Positions 18,361-28,081 are shown, numbered from the stretch's first letter. The stretch: DNA of 35,473 bases from Candidatus Thorarchaeota archaeon (GCA_003345545.1 PRDH01000056.1:1-35473); one strand, 5' to 3'. The notes: generated by a model not told the origin, from the letters alone. Made by a program: numbers and translations.

Positions 18361-18792
18361 ATGACAGAAACTAAGACACACATGAGGACAGCGCTCGTTG
18401 GCTGGATTGTTGCTGGCTGGTTGCTTACGATCGTTGTAGCAATCCTCTGGATTCTGACAGATCCGATTACAGCGCTGGTCACTGCTCTTGGCATTGGATT
18501 GGGAATTGGCATTGCCTTCATCATCATCATGAATGAGACTCTGATTCTGACCACAATTCAGACGCTCCAGAGCGCGGGCGAGAGCATAGTCCGACTGATG
18601 AGTCTACGCAAGAACATGAGAGCGATCTTGGCTATATGGATCTTCGCTCTCTTCACACTGGTCGTGGTGATGACTGTATTCAATCAGCTGGATCTGGAGA
18701 AGTTCAGCGCAATCATGGGGGTACTGGGCAGCTTTGTTGCTTCGGTGGTCGCATACTACTTCGCAGCAAGCAGAACTGAAACAGCGCCATGA
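18361..18792 (+). CDS. Hypothetical 4-TM membrane protein
   Basis: 143 aa; two helical hairpins, ending VASVVAYYF; TTTAAG TATA-like box at ~18307. Confidence 0.65.
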   Translation: MTETKTHMRTALVGWIVAGWLLTIVVAILWILTDPITALVTALGIGLGIGIAFIIIMNETLILTTIQTLQSAGESIVRLMSLRKNMRAILAIWIFALFTLVVVMTVFNQLDLEKFSAIMGVLGSFVASVVAYYFAASRTETAP

Positions 18793-18855
18793 TGTGAGGA
18801 GTCGCCTCGCATCTTTCGAGATTCATCATGTGGCTCGCATGTAAACAGGTTAGAA

Positions 18856-19902
18856 CTACCCGAACCGAATCTCTAAATCATATCCACATTTTCCACATTT
18901 TCCATCAGCGGTCGTAGCGACGTTCTTCGAGGACAACCTCAGTCGCTCATAGCACAGAGTACCACAATTGGGACATACCGTATCTTCTAGCCCCTTATTG
19001 CCCACGTTGCCAATGTAGACGAACTGCAGTCCCATCTTCTTCACGACATCTCTGGCGTGTTTCAGTAATGCCAATGGGGTTTCTGGCTCTGTGTATCGGT
19101 AGGCTGGATAGTACCTGTTCAGATGCCAGGGCATCTTTGGTCCGGCAGACTCCAGAATCCATCGCGCAAGGGTCTCCAGACACTGCAAGTCATCACTCAG
19201 CCCTGGTACAACGAGTGTTGTGAGCTCTACATGGACTCCTCTCTCAATCATGTGCGTAGTATTGTCCAGTACTGGTTGGAGTGCAATTCCGCATATCCTT
19301 CTGACCTGAGGCTCGCAGCCCTTCAGGTCGACATTCGCAGCATCAAGACCTCCATCGATCATGAGGTCGAGTGCCTCGGTCGTCATGTAGCCGTTCGTGA
19401 CAATCGTGTTGTACAGTCCTCGCTTCTTTGCAAGTCTGAACACCTCGAGGTTCCACTCAAGCATCAGGGTTGCAGCCTCACTGAACGATATAGATACTCC
19501 CCTGCTCTCTCTGTTCTGTGCTATCTTCACGAACTGTTCGGGACTCACGAACCGAGTAAGTTCTGGGGCAGGTTTCTGCTTGGATATGTCAAAGTTTTGA
19601 CAGAAGAGGCAGGATGCATTGCAGCCCCAGCTCCCGACGGTGAGAGCCATCGTGCCAGGAGCAAAATGGAAGAACGGCTTCTTCTCTATGGGATTGTTAT
19701 TGATAGAGGACACATTTCCATAGGCCAAAGTCTTCACAGAGCCATTGATGTTTACTCGTGTGCCACATACTCCCACCTTGCCATCATGAAGTAGGCATCT
19801 ATGAGAGCAAGTGAGACATCGTACGACACCATCTTCTCCTCTTTGGAGAGCTCCTTCATGAATCACCCGAGGATCGAATCGGTCTATGTGAATTTCATCC
19901 AA
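18856..19902 (-). CDS. amrS: AmmeMemoRadiSam system radical SAM enzyme
   Basis: VRCLTCSHRC...GVCGTRVN N-terminal Cys cluster, PIEKKPFFHFAPG, GCNASCLFCQNFDIS, VTNGY, NVDLKG, HVELTTLVVPG, FVYIGN, CPNC..CGKC; TTG start with GGTGA SD. Confidence 0.9.
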   Translation of the reverse strand: MDEIHIDRFDPRVIHEGALQRGEDGVVRCLTCSHRCLLHDGKVGVCGTRVNINGSVKTLAYGNVSSINNNPIEKKPFFHFAPGTMALTVGSWGCNASCLFCQNFDISKQKPAPELTRFVSPEQFVKIAQNRESRGVSISFSEAATLMLEWNLEVFRLAKKRGLYNTIVTNGYMTTEALDLMIDGGLDAANVDLKGCEPQVRRICGIALQPVLDNTTHMIERGVHVELTTLVVPGLSDDLQCLETLARWILESAGPKMPWHLNRYYPAYRYTEPETPLALLKHARDVVKKMGLQFVYIGNVGNKGLEDTVCPNCGTLCYERLRLSSKNVATTADGKCGKCGYDLEIRFG

Positions 19903-20037
19903 ACTGGCTCACCATATCATATGTAGTGAGTTCAGATTATAGCAGTTGCCATGGCACACAGCAACTGCAGAATGTACAGTCCAAGCGTATCAAGCGAAAT
20001 CGGCAAATTTACAAGATGGCCAGATAGTAACTAAAGA

Positions 20038-20889
20038 ATGGCTCGGGCAACTGGATTGGACTCATTCATGTCTTATTACATGAGCGGCAGTCCAACGCCC
20101 TATTATGGCAAGACTGCCCCTGTTCAGAAAGGGCTACTCCCGAGCAGGACTGGCCACATATCCGATCTCTGTGAGGAAGGAGTTGGTCTTGGAGTACCAA
20201 TCTTGCAGTACAAGAGGGACTTCTTCTTTCCAGGCACAGCAACTGTGTCTGAGGAGGGTAGAGTAGGCGGCGGATCAGCGTGGAAGAAGTTCACTATGGA
20301 CCTGATTGATCGACGACAGGGAAGGCTCTCGACACGGATACGAATGTTGTCATGGGCGCCCCAGAGAATATACAATAGAGTCTACAAGTCGAGATATGGT
20401 CGAAGAGTCCTGCGGCTAATCGAAAGTAGACTCGAATCGTTGCGCCCTGATTACGATCCCTCCGTGTTTTTCAGAGTGAGTAGTAGAGGCTCCGTTCTTG
20501 CTTCCTATATGATTGATGAGGAAGCAGGCATCATCAATGTGACGATGGACTTCTCTGGAGTCCAGAGGACCGGCCTGCAGCACATCTATGTTTCAAACGA
20601 ACTGGGGGGAAATCTCTTTGATGTCTATACAGACAGCGCTGGAGCAGTTCTCCAGGGCGATGCTATCGGTGCCTGGGACACTATATGTGCAGCATGGGCT
20701 GCCCTTCATTCTCCAAGCAAGAGTGTAGGATTTCGCGTTGACATTCCAGAGTCGGTTCAGGCATTTCGTGGCAGAGAGATTATCGGCCGAGACATCTGCT
20801 GGAGTGGAATCATATTCATGATGCCTCCTTCCACTACAAGCCTAAGATATAGAATTACTGTCATAATGAACGAGAATCGTGGTGACTGA
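20038..20889 (+). CDS. Conserved-looking hypothetical protein, co-transcribed with B12 radical SAM
   Basis: 283 aa, beta-rich; CEEGVGLGVPILQY, NELGG, GREI...WSG segments; 3-nt gap to the next gene, whose GGTGA SD lies in the last codons. Confidence 0.7.
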   Translation: MARATGLDSFMSYYMSGSPTPYYGKTAPVQKGLLPSRTGHISDLCEEGVGLGVPILQYKRDFFFPGTATVSEEGRVGGGSAWKKFTMDLIDRRQGRLSTRIRMLSWAPQRIYNRVYKSRYGRRVLRLIESRLESLRPDYDPSVFFRVSSRGSVLASYMIDEEAGIINVTMDFSGVQRTGLQHIYVSNELGGNLFDVYTDSAGAVLQGDAIGAWDTICAAWAALHSPSKSVGFRVDIPESVQAFRGREIIGRDICWSGIIFMMPPSTTSLRYRITVIMNENRGD

Positions 20890-20892
20890 ATA

Positions 20893-22248
20893 ATGGGAGT
20901 CGATGTCGTTCTTGTATATCCGTACTTCAACGAGGAAATTGATCGGTCTATCTTTCGCTATCCACCCCTCGGACTTGGATACCTTGCCTCTGTCTTGCGA
21001 ACAAATGACATCTCTGTAGGGCTCATTGACTGTACTTTTCTTACTCCCGAGCGTGCTCTGCGTGTCATTCGACATGCACATCCTCGGATCATAGGAATCT
21101 ACTCTATGGTCACTATCAATCATCATGCAACTGCCCTTGCAAAGAGCCTTCGTGAGGATGCAGAGCTGCTTGTGGCAGGTGGACCGCTGCCAAGCATTGT
21201 TCCAGAGGAGTTTCTAGATGTCTTCGATGTGGTCGTACAGCACGAGGGAGAACAAACATTCCTTGAGCTCGTGAGAAAGCATCTCAGCGGAATAGGATGG
21301 CAAGACATTCAGGGGATTGCATTTGCAGGAAATGATGGAGATTGCCATTCTAACCCCTCACGTCCATTTGAAACGAATTTGGACAGGGTTCCGTTTCCAG
21401 CTCGAGACCTGTTCCCAAACCAGTCATACAAGCACTACTGGAGTACATTTCACGGATACACTGTGACAAATCAGATCACAACAAGGGGATGCCCCTACCT
21501 CTGTGATTTCTGCAGCAATCCGGTTTTCGGGCGAAGCTATAGGGAGCGGTCTGCAAAGAACGTTGTTGCAGAGATGCAGGAGATAGAGCAGCTTGGTTAT
21601 GACCGTGTATTCTTCTCTGATGACTGTTTTACTCAGAATCTCGATAGAGTCGGACTGATCTGTAATATTCTCAATGAGGAGAAACTCGACCTTCAGTGGA
21701 TGTGTCTCAGTAGAGCAGACAGACTTGATGAGAGGACTGCCGCGAAGATGGCTCGAGCTGGCTGTGTACAGATCTTCTTCGGGATTGAGTCCGGCAATGA
21801 GCGCATGCTGAGGGTCATGAATAAGCGGATTGTTCTCAAGGATGTTGTAAGAGCTGTTTGCGCAGCGAAGCGTGCAGGAATTGCTGTTGGTGGTTTCTTC
21901 ATCCTCGGATATCCGGGAGAGTCCACTGCATCCCTTCTTGAGACTCTACGGTTCTCTTCATCCTTGCCTCTTGACTACCTATCGTATTCTTTTCCGTACC
22001 CCATAATCGGTACAGGTCTGTACACCAAAGTCAGAGGACACATCACGCACCCCGAGTGGAAGAAACAACGAAGTCTCACAAATAGACATCAGCTGCTGTT
22101 CTCGGGTGACTTCTCTGAGACAAAACTGAGACTGGCGCAGTACAAGGGTCTCGTTCAACACCTCCTCAGAAAGAGAGGTGCAATTGGAATGGCGACGGCT
22201 CACGTTTTCGAGGAGCTGACAGATCCTCTCGTTTCAGTACTCAAATAG
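20893..22248 (+). CDS. Cobalamin-binding radical SAM protein
   Basis: YPPLGLGYLAS, GGP and EGEQT in the B12-binding domain; TTRGCPYLCDFC; FSDDCF, GIESG, FILGYPGE. Confidence 0.92.
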   Translation: MGVDVVLVYPYFNEEIDRSIFRYPPLGLGYLASVLRTNDISVGLIDCTFLTPERALRVIRHAHPRIIGIYSMVTINHHATALAKSLREDAELLVAGGPLPSIVPEEFLDVFDVVVQHEGEQTFLELVRKHLSGIGWQDIQGIAFAGNDGDCHSNPSRPFETNLDRVPFPARDLFPNQSYKHYWSTFHGYTVTNQITTRGCPYLCDFCSNPVFGRSYRERSAKNVVAEMQEIEQLGYDRVFFSDDCFTQNLDRVGLICNILNEEKLDLQWMCLSRADRLDERTAAKMARAGCVQIFFGIESGNERMLRVMNKRIVLKDVVRAVCAAKRAGIAVGGFFILGYPGESTASLLETLRFSSSLPLDYLSYSFPYPIIGTGLYTKVRGHITHPEWKKQRSLTNRHQLLFSGDFSETKLRLAQYKGLVQHLLRKRGAIGMATAHVFEELTDPLVSVLK

Positions 22249-22282
22249 TGAACACGAGCAATGAGAATCGTCAAGTCACAGG

Positions 22283-22486
22283 TCACATCTGTTCCAAGAC
22301 GGCATCTATAACATTCTCAACAAAGGCAGGGTCTCTATAGAGTGAGTAGTAGCCACTGACAATGATGAGGTTCAGCACATCCTCTCGGGTCTTCAGTTCG
22401 AGCCCTAGGTCAAGACACATCGATATCAACTTTGCAGCCTCTTGCTGAACGCAGAGCAGACATGTTGCTTCGCTTGTTGTACTCAC
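22283..22486 (-). CDS. Small hypothetical protein with CxxC
   Basis: 67 aa; strong AGGAGGTG SD before the GTG start; fills an otherwise intergenic gap. Confidence 0.6.
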   Translation of the reverse strand: MSTTSEATCLLCVQQEAAKLISMCLDLGLELKTREDVLNLIIVSGYYSLYRDPAFVENVIDAVLEQM

Positions 22487-22772
22487 TTCTACACCTCCTG
22501 ATCCTATCCCAGGATATTGACAGGTCTAATATCCACATCTGAGCATATATGTGTCGAGAAAGGGGAAAAGAACATGTTCTCTCCTTCATGAAGTGCTTCT
22601 TCTGTTATGCACAGATTAGTCCATGTTATCGGGGCAATGAATAATCTATTGACCATCGAAGCATAATGAACACGGATACATGCTACGCTTTATTAGAAAT
22701 AATAACTATTGTAAACCAACAGATTTGCAGGTCTGGTCAATATCCATATCGAACAAGATGGTTGGAATAAAC

Positions 22773-23501
22773 ATGGTAGATAACAAATCGAAAATTCGCA
22801 AGAATCCCTCAAAAGAGAACCCGAACCGAGTCGAGATTCTGATGACTGAGTTCGTCACTCATGATGTGAAGCGATTCATTGTTGAGAAACCTAAAGGATT
22901 TGAGTTTCTTCCAGGACAAGCAACCCTCCTGTCGATTCCAAAGCCGAAATGGGAGAATGAGTTCCGAGAGTTCACATTTACATCCTCGAATGATGACAGA
23001 GTCCTTGAGTTCACTATCAAGAGGTATACTGAGCATAATGGTGTCACAAAGCAGTTACATCTGCTAGAGCCTGGAGATGAAATTGTAGTCCATGCACCGT
23101 TTGGCACTATCCTGTACAAGGGAAGAGGAGTCTTTCTTGCTGGCGGGGCAGGCATTACACCCTTCATTGCTATTCTGCGCCATCTCTACAAGACCAATCA
23201 GCTGAAGGGTAACAAACTAATCTTCTCAAACAAAGCGGTCAAGGACATCATCCTTGAGGGAGAGTTCCGTCAGATGCTTGGCGACGACCTCGTTCTCACA
23301 CTCACAGAAGACGACGCAGAAGGGTATGAGCATGGAATGATCAACAAAGAGATGATTCAGAAGTATGTCAAAGACCTGGACCAGAAGTTCTACATCTGTG
23401 GGCCAGATTCCTTCGTGCTTGGTATGAAGAGTATATTGGAGAAGATGGGCGTTAGAGAAGAGAACATCGTAGGGGAGTCTTTCGTCATAGCTGGTGCATA
23501 G
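22773..23501 (+). CDS. FAD-binding flavodoxin/ferredoxin-NADP reductase family protein
   Basis: FLPGQA, REFTFTS, LEFTIKRY, GVT, LAGGAGITPF, YICGP. Start at 22758 or 22773. Confidence 0.9.
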   Translation: MVDNKSKIRKNPSKENPNRVEILMTEFVTHDVKRFIVEKPKGFEFLPGQATLLSIPKPKWENEFREFTFTSSNDDRVLEFTIKRYTEHNGVTKQLHLLEPGDEIVVHAPFGTILYKGRGVFLAGGAGITPFIAILRHLYKTNQLKGNKLIFSNKAVKDIILEGEFRQMLGDDLVLTLTEDDAEGYEHGMINKEMIQKYVKDLDQKFYICGPDSFVLGMKSILEKMGVREENIVGESFVIAGA

Positions 23502-23670
23502 ATTGCAGGCTCTGTAATTCGGACAGCTGTATTGGTGCGAATCTCGACAGAAACCCTGCGCTTCGGGATTCTATACCATCATCATGATTGCATGACCTAT
23601 GGAGATATGAACTATCTAGAAGCCTTTAGGCTCTTCAGTGAAATTGAAGCTGGGGTATGGGAAGTGATTT

Positions 23671-24324
23671 TCACTTTTGGTTTCTTGTTCGTTTAAGAAT
23701 CTCAAGTACTTCCCCTTCTGGGACATCATACCAGTATTCATAGGCCTCTGCCACAGCAAAGCTCCACCCGCTCTCGATGCGAGGACAGACCAGATGATCT
23801 ACCACCGGGCGCACTCTTTCAACAGCTGAATTATGTGCAGTCGGAACAGCAACAGTGATGCTCTTCGCACCGATAGTCTTGAGTGATTGAATAGCAGCAA
23901 TCATAGTGTATCCTGATGCGAGACCATCGTCTATGAGTATCACATCTTTCCCTTCGGGTTTTGATACACCCGCTAGCCGCGAATAGAACCTCTGCCTCTC
24001 AGAAATCTGGGTCTTTGTCCTCGTTATCACCTGTTCTATTGTCTTTTCGTCGAGATGCAGACCTCTAACCAATTCGTCATTGAGAATCACATTGCCAGAA
24101 GATGTCAGTGCACCGAATCCTGCTTCCGTGTTGTGAGGAATCTGCAGCTTCCGAACAATAATGATATCAAGCTCAGCATCCAGTGATTGCGCAACTGGTT
24201 CTGCGACTGCGACCCCTCCATTCGGAATTGCCAGAACCAAGTGCAATGAGTCCGGGTCGATAATGCCCCGAAGTTCCTCGACAAGAACATGACCTGCATG
24301 TGTTCTGTCTCTGTAGCTCCACAT
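23671..24324 (-). CDS. Phosphoribosyltransferase (type I, YRDRxxAG/COG1926-like), copy A
   Basis: YRDRTHAG, LAIPNGG, VRKL, EAGFGA, VILIDDGLASGYTM PRPP motif. Start aligned with the paralog at ATG 24324. Confidence 0.9.
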   Translation of the reverse strand: MWSYRDRTHAGHVLVEELRGIIDPDSLHLVLAIPNGGVAVAEPVAQSLDAELDIIIVRKLQIPHNTEAGFGALTSSGNVILNDELVRGLHLDEKTIEQVITRTKTQISERQRFYSRLAGVSKPEGKDVILIDDGLASGYTMIAAIQSLKTIGAKSITVAVPTAHNSAVERVRPVVDHLVCPRIESGWSFAVAEAYEYWYDVPEGEVLEILKRTRNQK

Positions 24325-24625
24325 CAGTATCTGGAATGAACAGAAACGGTTGATATGGTCTTTGATACGATTCCTAGTCACGTTCCGCACGATTCAAGTC
24401 ATCATTATCAAAGAATGTCGATGTCGATTGTGGTGATTATCATGGTGCGATGTCCACGACCTGACTCATGATAAGTGATCCAATTACGTTTGCTGAGCCA
24501 ATGGTTGTTCCACGTACAGTGCCAACTGAATGCGCACCTTGTAAAGTTTAATAGTCTTTGAAGGAATAGATATGCATTGAGCTAAATTGGTCGCTTGAAT
24601 TCCTGTGAGGGAGTTGGGCAGGAAC

Positions 24626-26362
24626 ATGCGTAGCAAATTGATCTTGGTATTCTTGGGGTTTGCTCTCCTAGTATCTTTGATACCTGCCTGTGGTTCCATC
24701 CCACCGGACGATGAGCTCAGTCTTCCCCTCCTCTGGACGTATGACCTCAACTCGACATGTCTTGAGGGACCCGCTGCTGGAGATATCGATAGTGATGGCA
24801 TGCTGGAGGTCGTCTTCAGCACACATCTTGGCAACGGGAATCTGTATGCCCTGAATGGAGAGAACGGGAGTCTACTATGGAAGTTCTACACAGGCGGTCC
24901 CGCCATCGATTCGTCAGTCAGACTGCATGATATTGACAACGATAGCCAGTTGGAAGTCATCTTCACTGCACTCAGTCCATATGTCGAAGGTGCAGGGCTG
25001 TTATTTGCCCTGAGGGGAGAAGATGGTTCTGTCCTGTGGAACTATACCATGGCCGCAGTTTCACTGGGAGGAGCTGCTATTGAGGACATGGACGGTGACA
25101 ATAGACCTGAGGTCATCATTGGCACAGTACAGAATGCAACTGGAGGATATGTCCATATCATCAACGCAGAGGATGGCAGTCTGAGCAGTAGCGTCGGCCC
25201 CTTTCAAGGCGATATCTGCTCTAACCCTGCAGTCCTGGACGTGAATTGTGATGGATTCCTTGACATCGTCATTGCCACTCAGGAGGGTGATAATTCCGTC
25301 TGCGCAATTAACGGGCCCTCTCTATCCATACTCTGGAGATATCAGGGAGAGTCGAGTTTCAGAGGGGGTTGCGCGTATGCAGATCTCGACAATGATGCCA
25401 TACAAGAATTAGTCATAGGTTCGACGGATGGCCATATCCATGCAATCAATGCTGAGGACGGCAGCAGTCTATGGACATATGCTGGAAATTCCTCCTACTA
25501 TGCCACCTGTATTGCTGATTTGGGTCGGGTCTTCGGCTCTGAGATTGTGGCAATTGGAGAAAGAGAGGTTCTAGTTCTGAACGGGGATGGCGAGCCTAGC
25601 TGGTCGTACTCGCATGGCGCAACCTCTATTTCCTACCCGTTGACCACACCCTCGATCTCTGACCTCGATGGCAATGGCATTGCAGATATTTGCTTCCCTG
25701 ACTCTCAAGGTGTAATTGAAGTGAGAGACGGTGATAGCGGAATCATCCTACATTTCAATGCGAGTGATAGCAATCCTCTAGGCACCATGGGTGTCTATCA
25801 CAGCCCCATTATCGCAGACTTCGATGGAGATGACTTCCTTGACATTTTCATCGTGGCTGGAAAGGGGGACTCATCAAATCCCATTGAGAACTATGGCCAG
25901 GCCTATGTGTTCAAAGGATCTGGTGGTTCCGGCGGGGGCTGGCTAATGGATAGGCACGATGGCCGCAACAGTGCCTGCTTCAATGGCTACTCACATCTCG
26001 TGCGTATCACAGGTCACGTCGAGGATGGTGAAAATCATAGTTCGATTGCAGGTGCGCGAATCAGTACGGTGGGCGGCAAAGTATCTGCTACAACCGATTT
26101 GGATGGCGATTTCTCGCTCAATCTCTACCCTGGCTTCACAACCCTTGTAGTCGAAGCCGATGGATATGAACCTAGACTCTTGAGTGTGACAATCTTAGAT
26201 GCAGAGGGACAGTCGTTTGTCTTTCGGCTCAGCCTACAGACAACTGAATCGGCCACCATCGTCTTTCCGACAATCGATCCTGCAATCAGCGTTGTGCTGG
26301 CAATCGTTGTAACCGGAATTGTCATTGTGATGGTTGCGGTGCGCAGACTTCCTCATGGTTGA
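24626..26362 (+). CDS. Surface protein: FG-GAP/PQQ-like beta-propeller + carboxypeptidase-regulatory-like domain + C-terminal TM anchor
   Basis: Signal peptide; repeats DIDSDG, DIDNDS, DMDGDN, DVNCDG, DLDNDA, DLDGNG, DFDGDD with AxNxEDGSxLW; ITGHVED...IAGA...TTDLDGDF...ADGY; TM followed by RR. Confidence 0.85.
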   Translation: MRSKLILVFLGFALLVSLIPACGSIPPDDELSLPLLWTYDLNSTCLEGPAAGDIDSDGMLEVVFSTHLGNGNLYALNGENGSLLWKFYTGGPAIDSSVRLHDIDNDSQLEVIFTALSPYVEGAGLLFALRGEDGSVLWNYTMAAVSLGGAAIEDMDGDNRPEVIIGTVQNATGGYVHIINAEDGSLSSSVGPFQGDICSNPAVLDVNCDGFLDIVIATQEGDNSVCAINGPSLSILWRYQGESSFRGGCAYADLDNDAIQELVIGSTDGHIHAINAEDGSSLWTYAGNSSYYATCIADLGRVFGSEIVAIGEREVLVLNGDGEPSWSYSHGATSISYPLTTPSISDLDGNGIADICFPDSQGVIEVRDGDSGIILHFNASDSNPLGTMGVYHSPIIADFDGDDFLDIFIVAGKGDSSNPIENYGQAYVFKGSGGSGGGWLMDRHDGRNSACFNGYSHLVRITGHVEDGENHSSIAGARISTVGGKVSATTDLDGDFSLNLYPGFTTLVVEADGYEPRLLSVTILDAEGQSFVFRLSLQTTESATIVFPTIDPAISVVLAIVVTGIVIVMVAVRRLPHG

Positions 26363-26397
26363 GTTTCAAAGGGGAAGCCCTCGTATCGAGGACCGTT

Positions 26398-26943
26398 TCA
26401 GGTGTCTATATCGATATCCCCCTTTTTAGCCAATTTGCTATACTCGACTATCTTTCCGCAGTTCTGACACTCTACTCGACCATCTCTAGTTATTCTCATG
26501 GCCCTTAGACGGTACTGTGCTGAGCACTTCGGACAGACAAAGATCTCATCGCCCCTCAGATGGCTGAATACGCTAAGGTCAATATCCACGAAGCCCTCAA
26601 GTATATCTCGAAGACGCCTGCCGGACCAGAGTGCCTCAGCAACTCCACCGACTACATTCAGATCATAGGCATGTATGATGAATTTGGCTGTTTCAAGGTC
26701 TCTCAAGTATTCCGTGAGGAGAGTAATCATAATCGAGCTGGAGGGATGAGTGAAAGCTTGGACTACAAAGAGAAGCTCGTTCTTATTGCCGAATTTGTCA
26801 AAGAGCAATTTCAGAGATGGTTCAGAAGACCCCTTCTTGGCATTCCATAGGTTTGGAAGTGTGCCCAAAATACCCAGAAGATTCTCCTCTTTAATCCCGA
26901 AAATCTCGATTGTCTCCATGGGCTGATTACCCTCATGCTGCAT
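26398..26943 (-). CDS. Hypothetical protein with C-terminal zinc ribbon
   Basis: CPKC-x18-CQNC; alternative start ATG 26919. Confidence 0.7.
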   Translation of the reverse strand: MQHEGNQPMETIEIFGIKEENLLGILGTLPNLWNAKKGSSEPSLKLLFDKFGNKNELLFVVQAFTHPSSSIMITLLTEYLRDLETAKFIIHAYDLNVVGGVAEALWSGRRLRDILEGFVDIDLSVFSHLRGDEIFVCPKCSAQYRLRAMRITRDGRVECQNCGKIVEYSKLAKKGDIDIDT

Positions 26944-27241
26944 TCACCCGAATGCATTTCTGTATAGCTCATCGGTACGGGAAACATGAAGAGAGAGGCT
27001 TCTCATGTTGAAGAGAGATTCAAGAGGTACGGGATATGCTTCCCCCTCTCAGAACCATGTTTCTTCAGAAACAGAATAACCAATCGATACTGTCTACGCC
27101 ATGTTGTTGCATATCGACAGCAGTCGTTGAGAATCCGTGGCGTTGACTGGTTCAGAAGACCTTTATCCGTGATTGAGTTGTGAGGAAGGACTGTTGCGCA
27201 CGGCGAAACTGGTAGTCCATGCCACTGATGGGGTCTTCAGA

Positions 27242-28081
27242 ATGTCGGAAGAACATGCAATGTCTCTTCATGAGGTCGAGCAGTTGTCGTGGTACGACCT
27301 CAATGCCTACATAGGGATTCCCTACTTCCATGAGGGCGGGCTTCGGGCCACGGACCGTCTTGCTGACCTATGTGGTATTGGATCTGAAACGAGGGTCCTC
27401 GTTGTCGGCTGCGGCACAGGATACAGCGCCTGCTACTTGGCGCGGACGAGGGGCTGTCAAATAGACGGTTTCGATATAGCAGAGAATATGGTGGACAGGG
27501 CGAAGGCGAGAGCGAATGCGGAAGGCGTCGCTGACAGAGTGTCCTTTCAAGTCGCGGATGCACACCGTACGCCATTTGAGGATGTTCAGTATGACGTTGT
27601 CCTCACAGAGGTCGTTTCCATGTTTCTTGATCGGGACCGGGCGTTTCGCGAGTGTGTAAGAGTGTTGCAACCGGGGGGATATCTAGGCATAGACGAACTG
27701 TACAAGGAAGACATCATCCCTGAGTCTTCTCGGGTGAAAATAGACGAGGCCGAAGGCATATACGCTGAGGCGACGGGTCTGCCGTTTGCTGCGCTCGCTT
27801 CTTCCGCTTGGCAGCAGGAGTTTCGGAGAGTGGGACTGATAGATATCCAGTCTGAGAGGGTGAACTATACGGAGAGTCTGCGCGAGCGAGCCCGGTCCGT
27901 TGGCGGATGGAGAAAGCTGCTGGGGATGATCGGGCGCGGCTTTCTTTTGATGGCCAGAAGCAGAGAGGTCAGGCGGAAGATGCTCATTGAGGCGCGATTC
28001 AAGCGTGTTATCATGAGGGACAAGTCCACCAGACAATACATCGGTGCGCTTCTGTGCGTGGGAAGGAAGATGGGCAAGTAG
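27242..28081 (+). CDS. Class I SAM-dependent methyltransferase
   Basis: HEGGLRAT, VLVVGCGTG, GFDI, ADA, YDVV, RVLQPGG. Start placed at ATG 27242. Confidence 0.9.
   Translation: MSEEHAMSLHEVEQLSWYDLNAYIGIPYFHEGGLRATDRLADLCGIGSETRVLVVGCGTGYSACYLARTRGCQIDGFDIAENMVDRAKARANAEGVADRVSFQVADAHRTPFEDVQYDVVLTEVVSMFLDRDRAFRECVRVLQPGGYLGIDELYKEDIIPESSRVKIDEAEGIYAEATGLPFAALASSAWQQEFRRVGLIDIQSERVNYTESLRERARSVGGWRKLLGMIGRGFLLMARSREVRRKMLIEARFKRVIMRDKSTRQYIGALLCVGRKMGK

Noticed and set aside
26818-27161. 14-nt direct repeat TGGTTCAGAAGACC, 330 nt apart
   Set aside because: One copy is inside a CDS and the other overlaps a promoter; only two copies, no element between them, compatible with chance.
27185-27241. 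Structured leader before the methyltransferase (GGACT/AGTCC stem, CTGATG) as a fluoride or SAM riboswitch
   Set aside because: Lacks the consensus nucleotides of either family; the stem is short.
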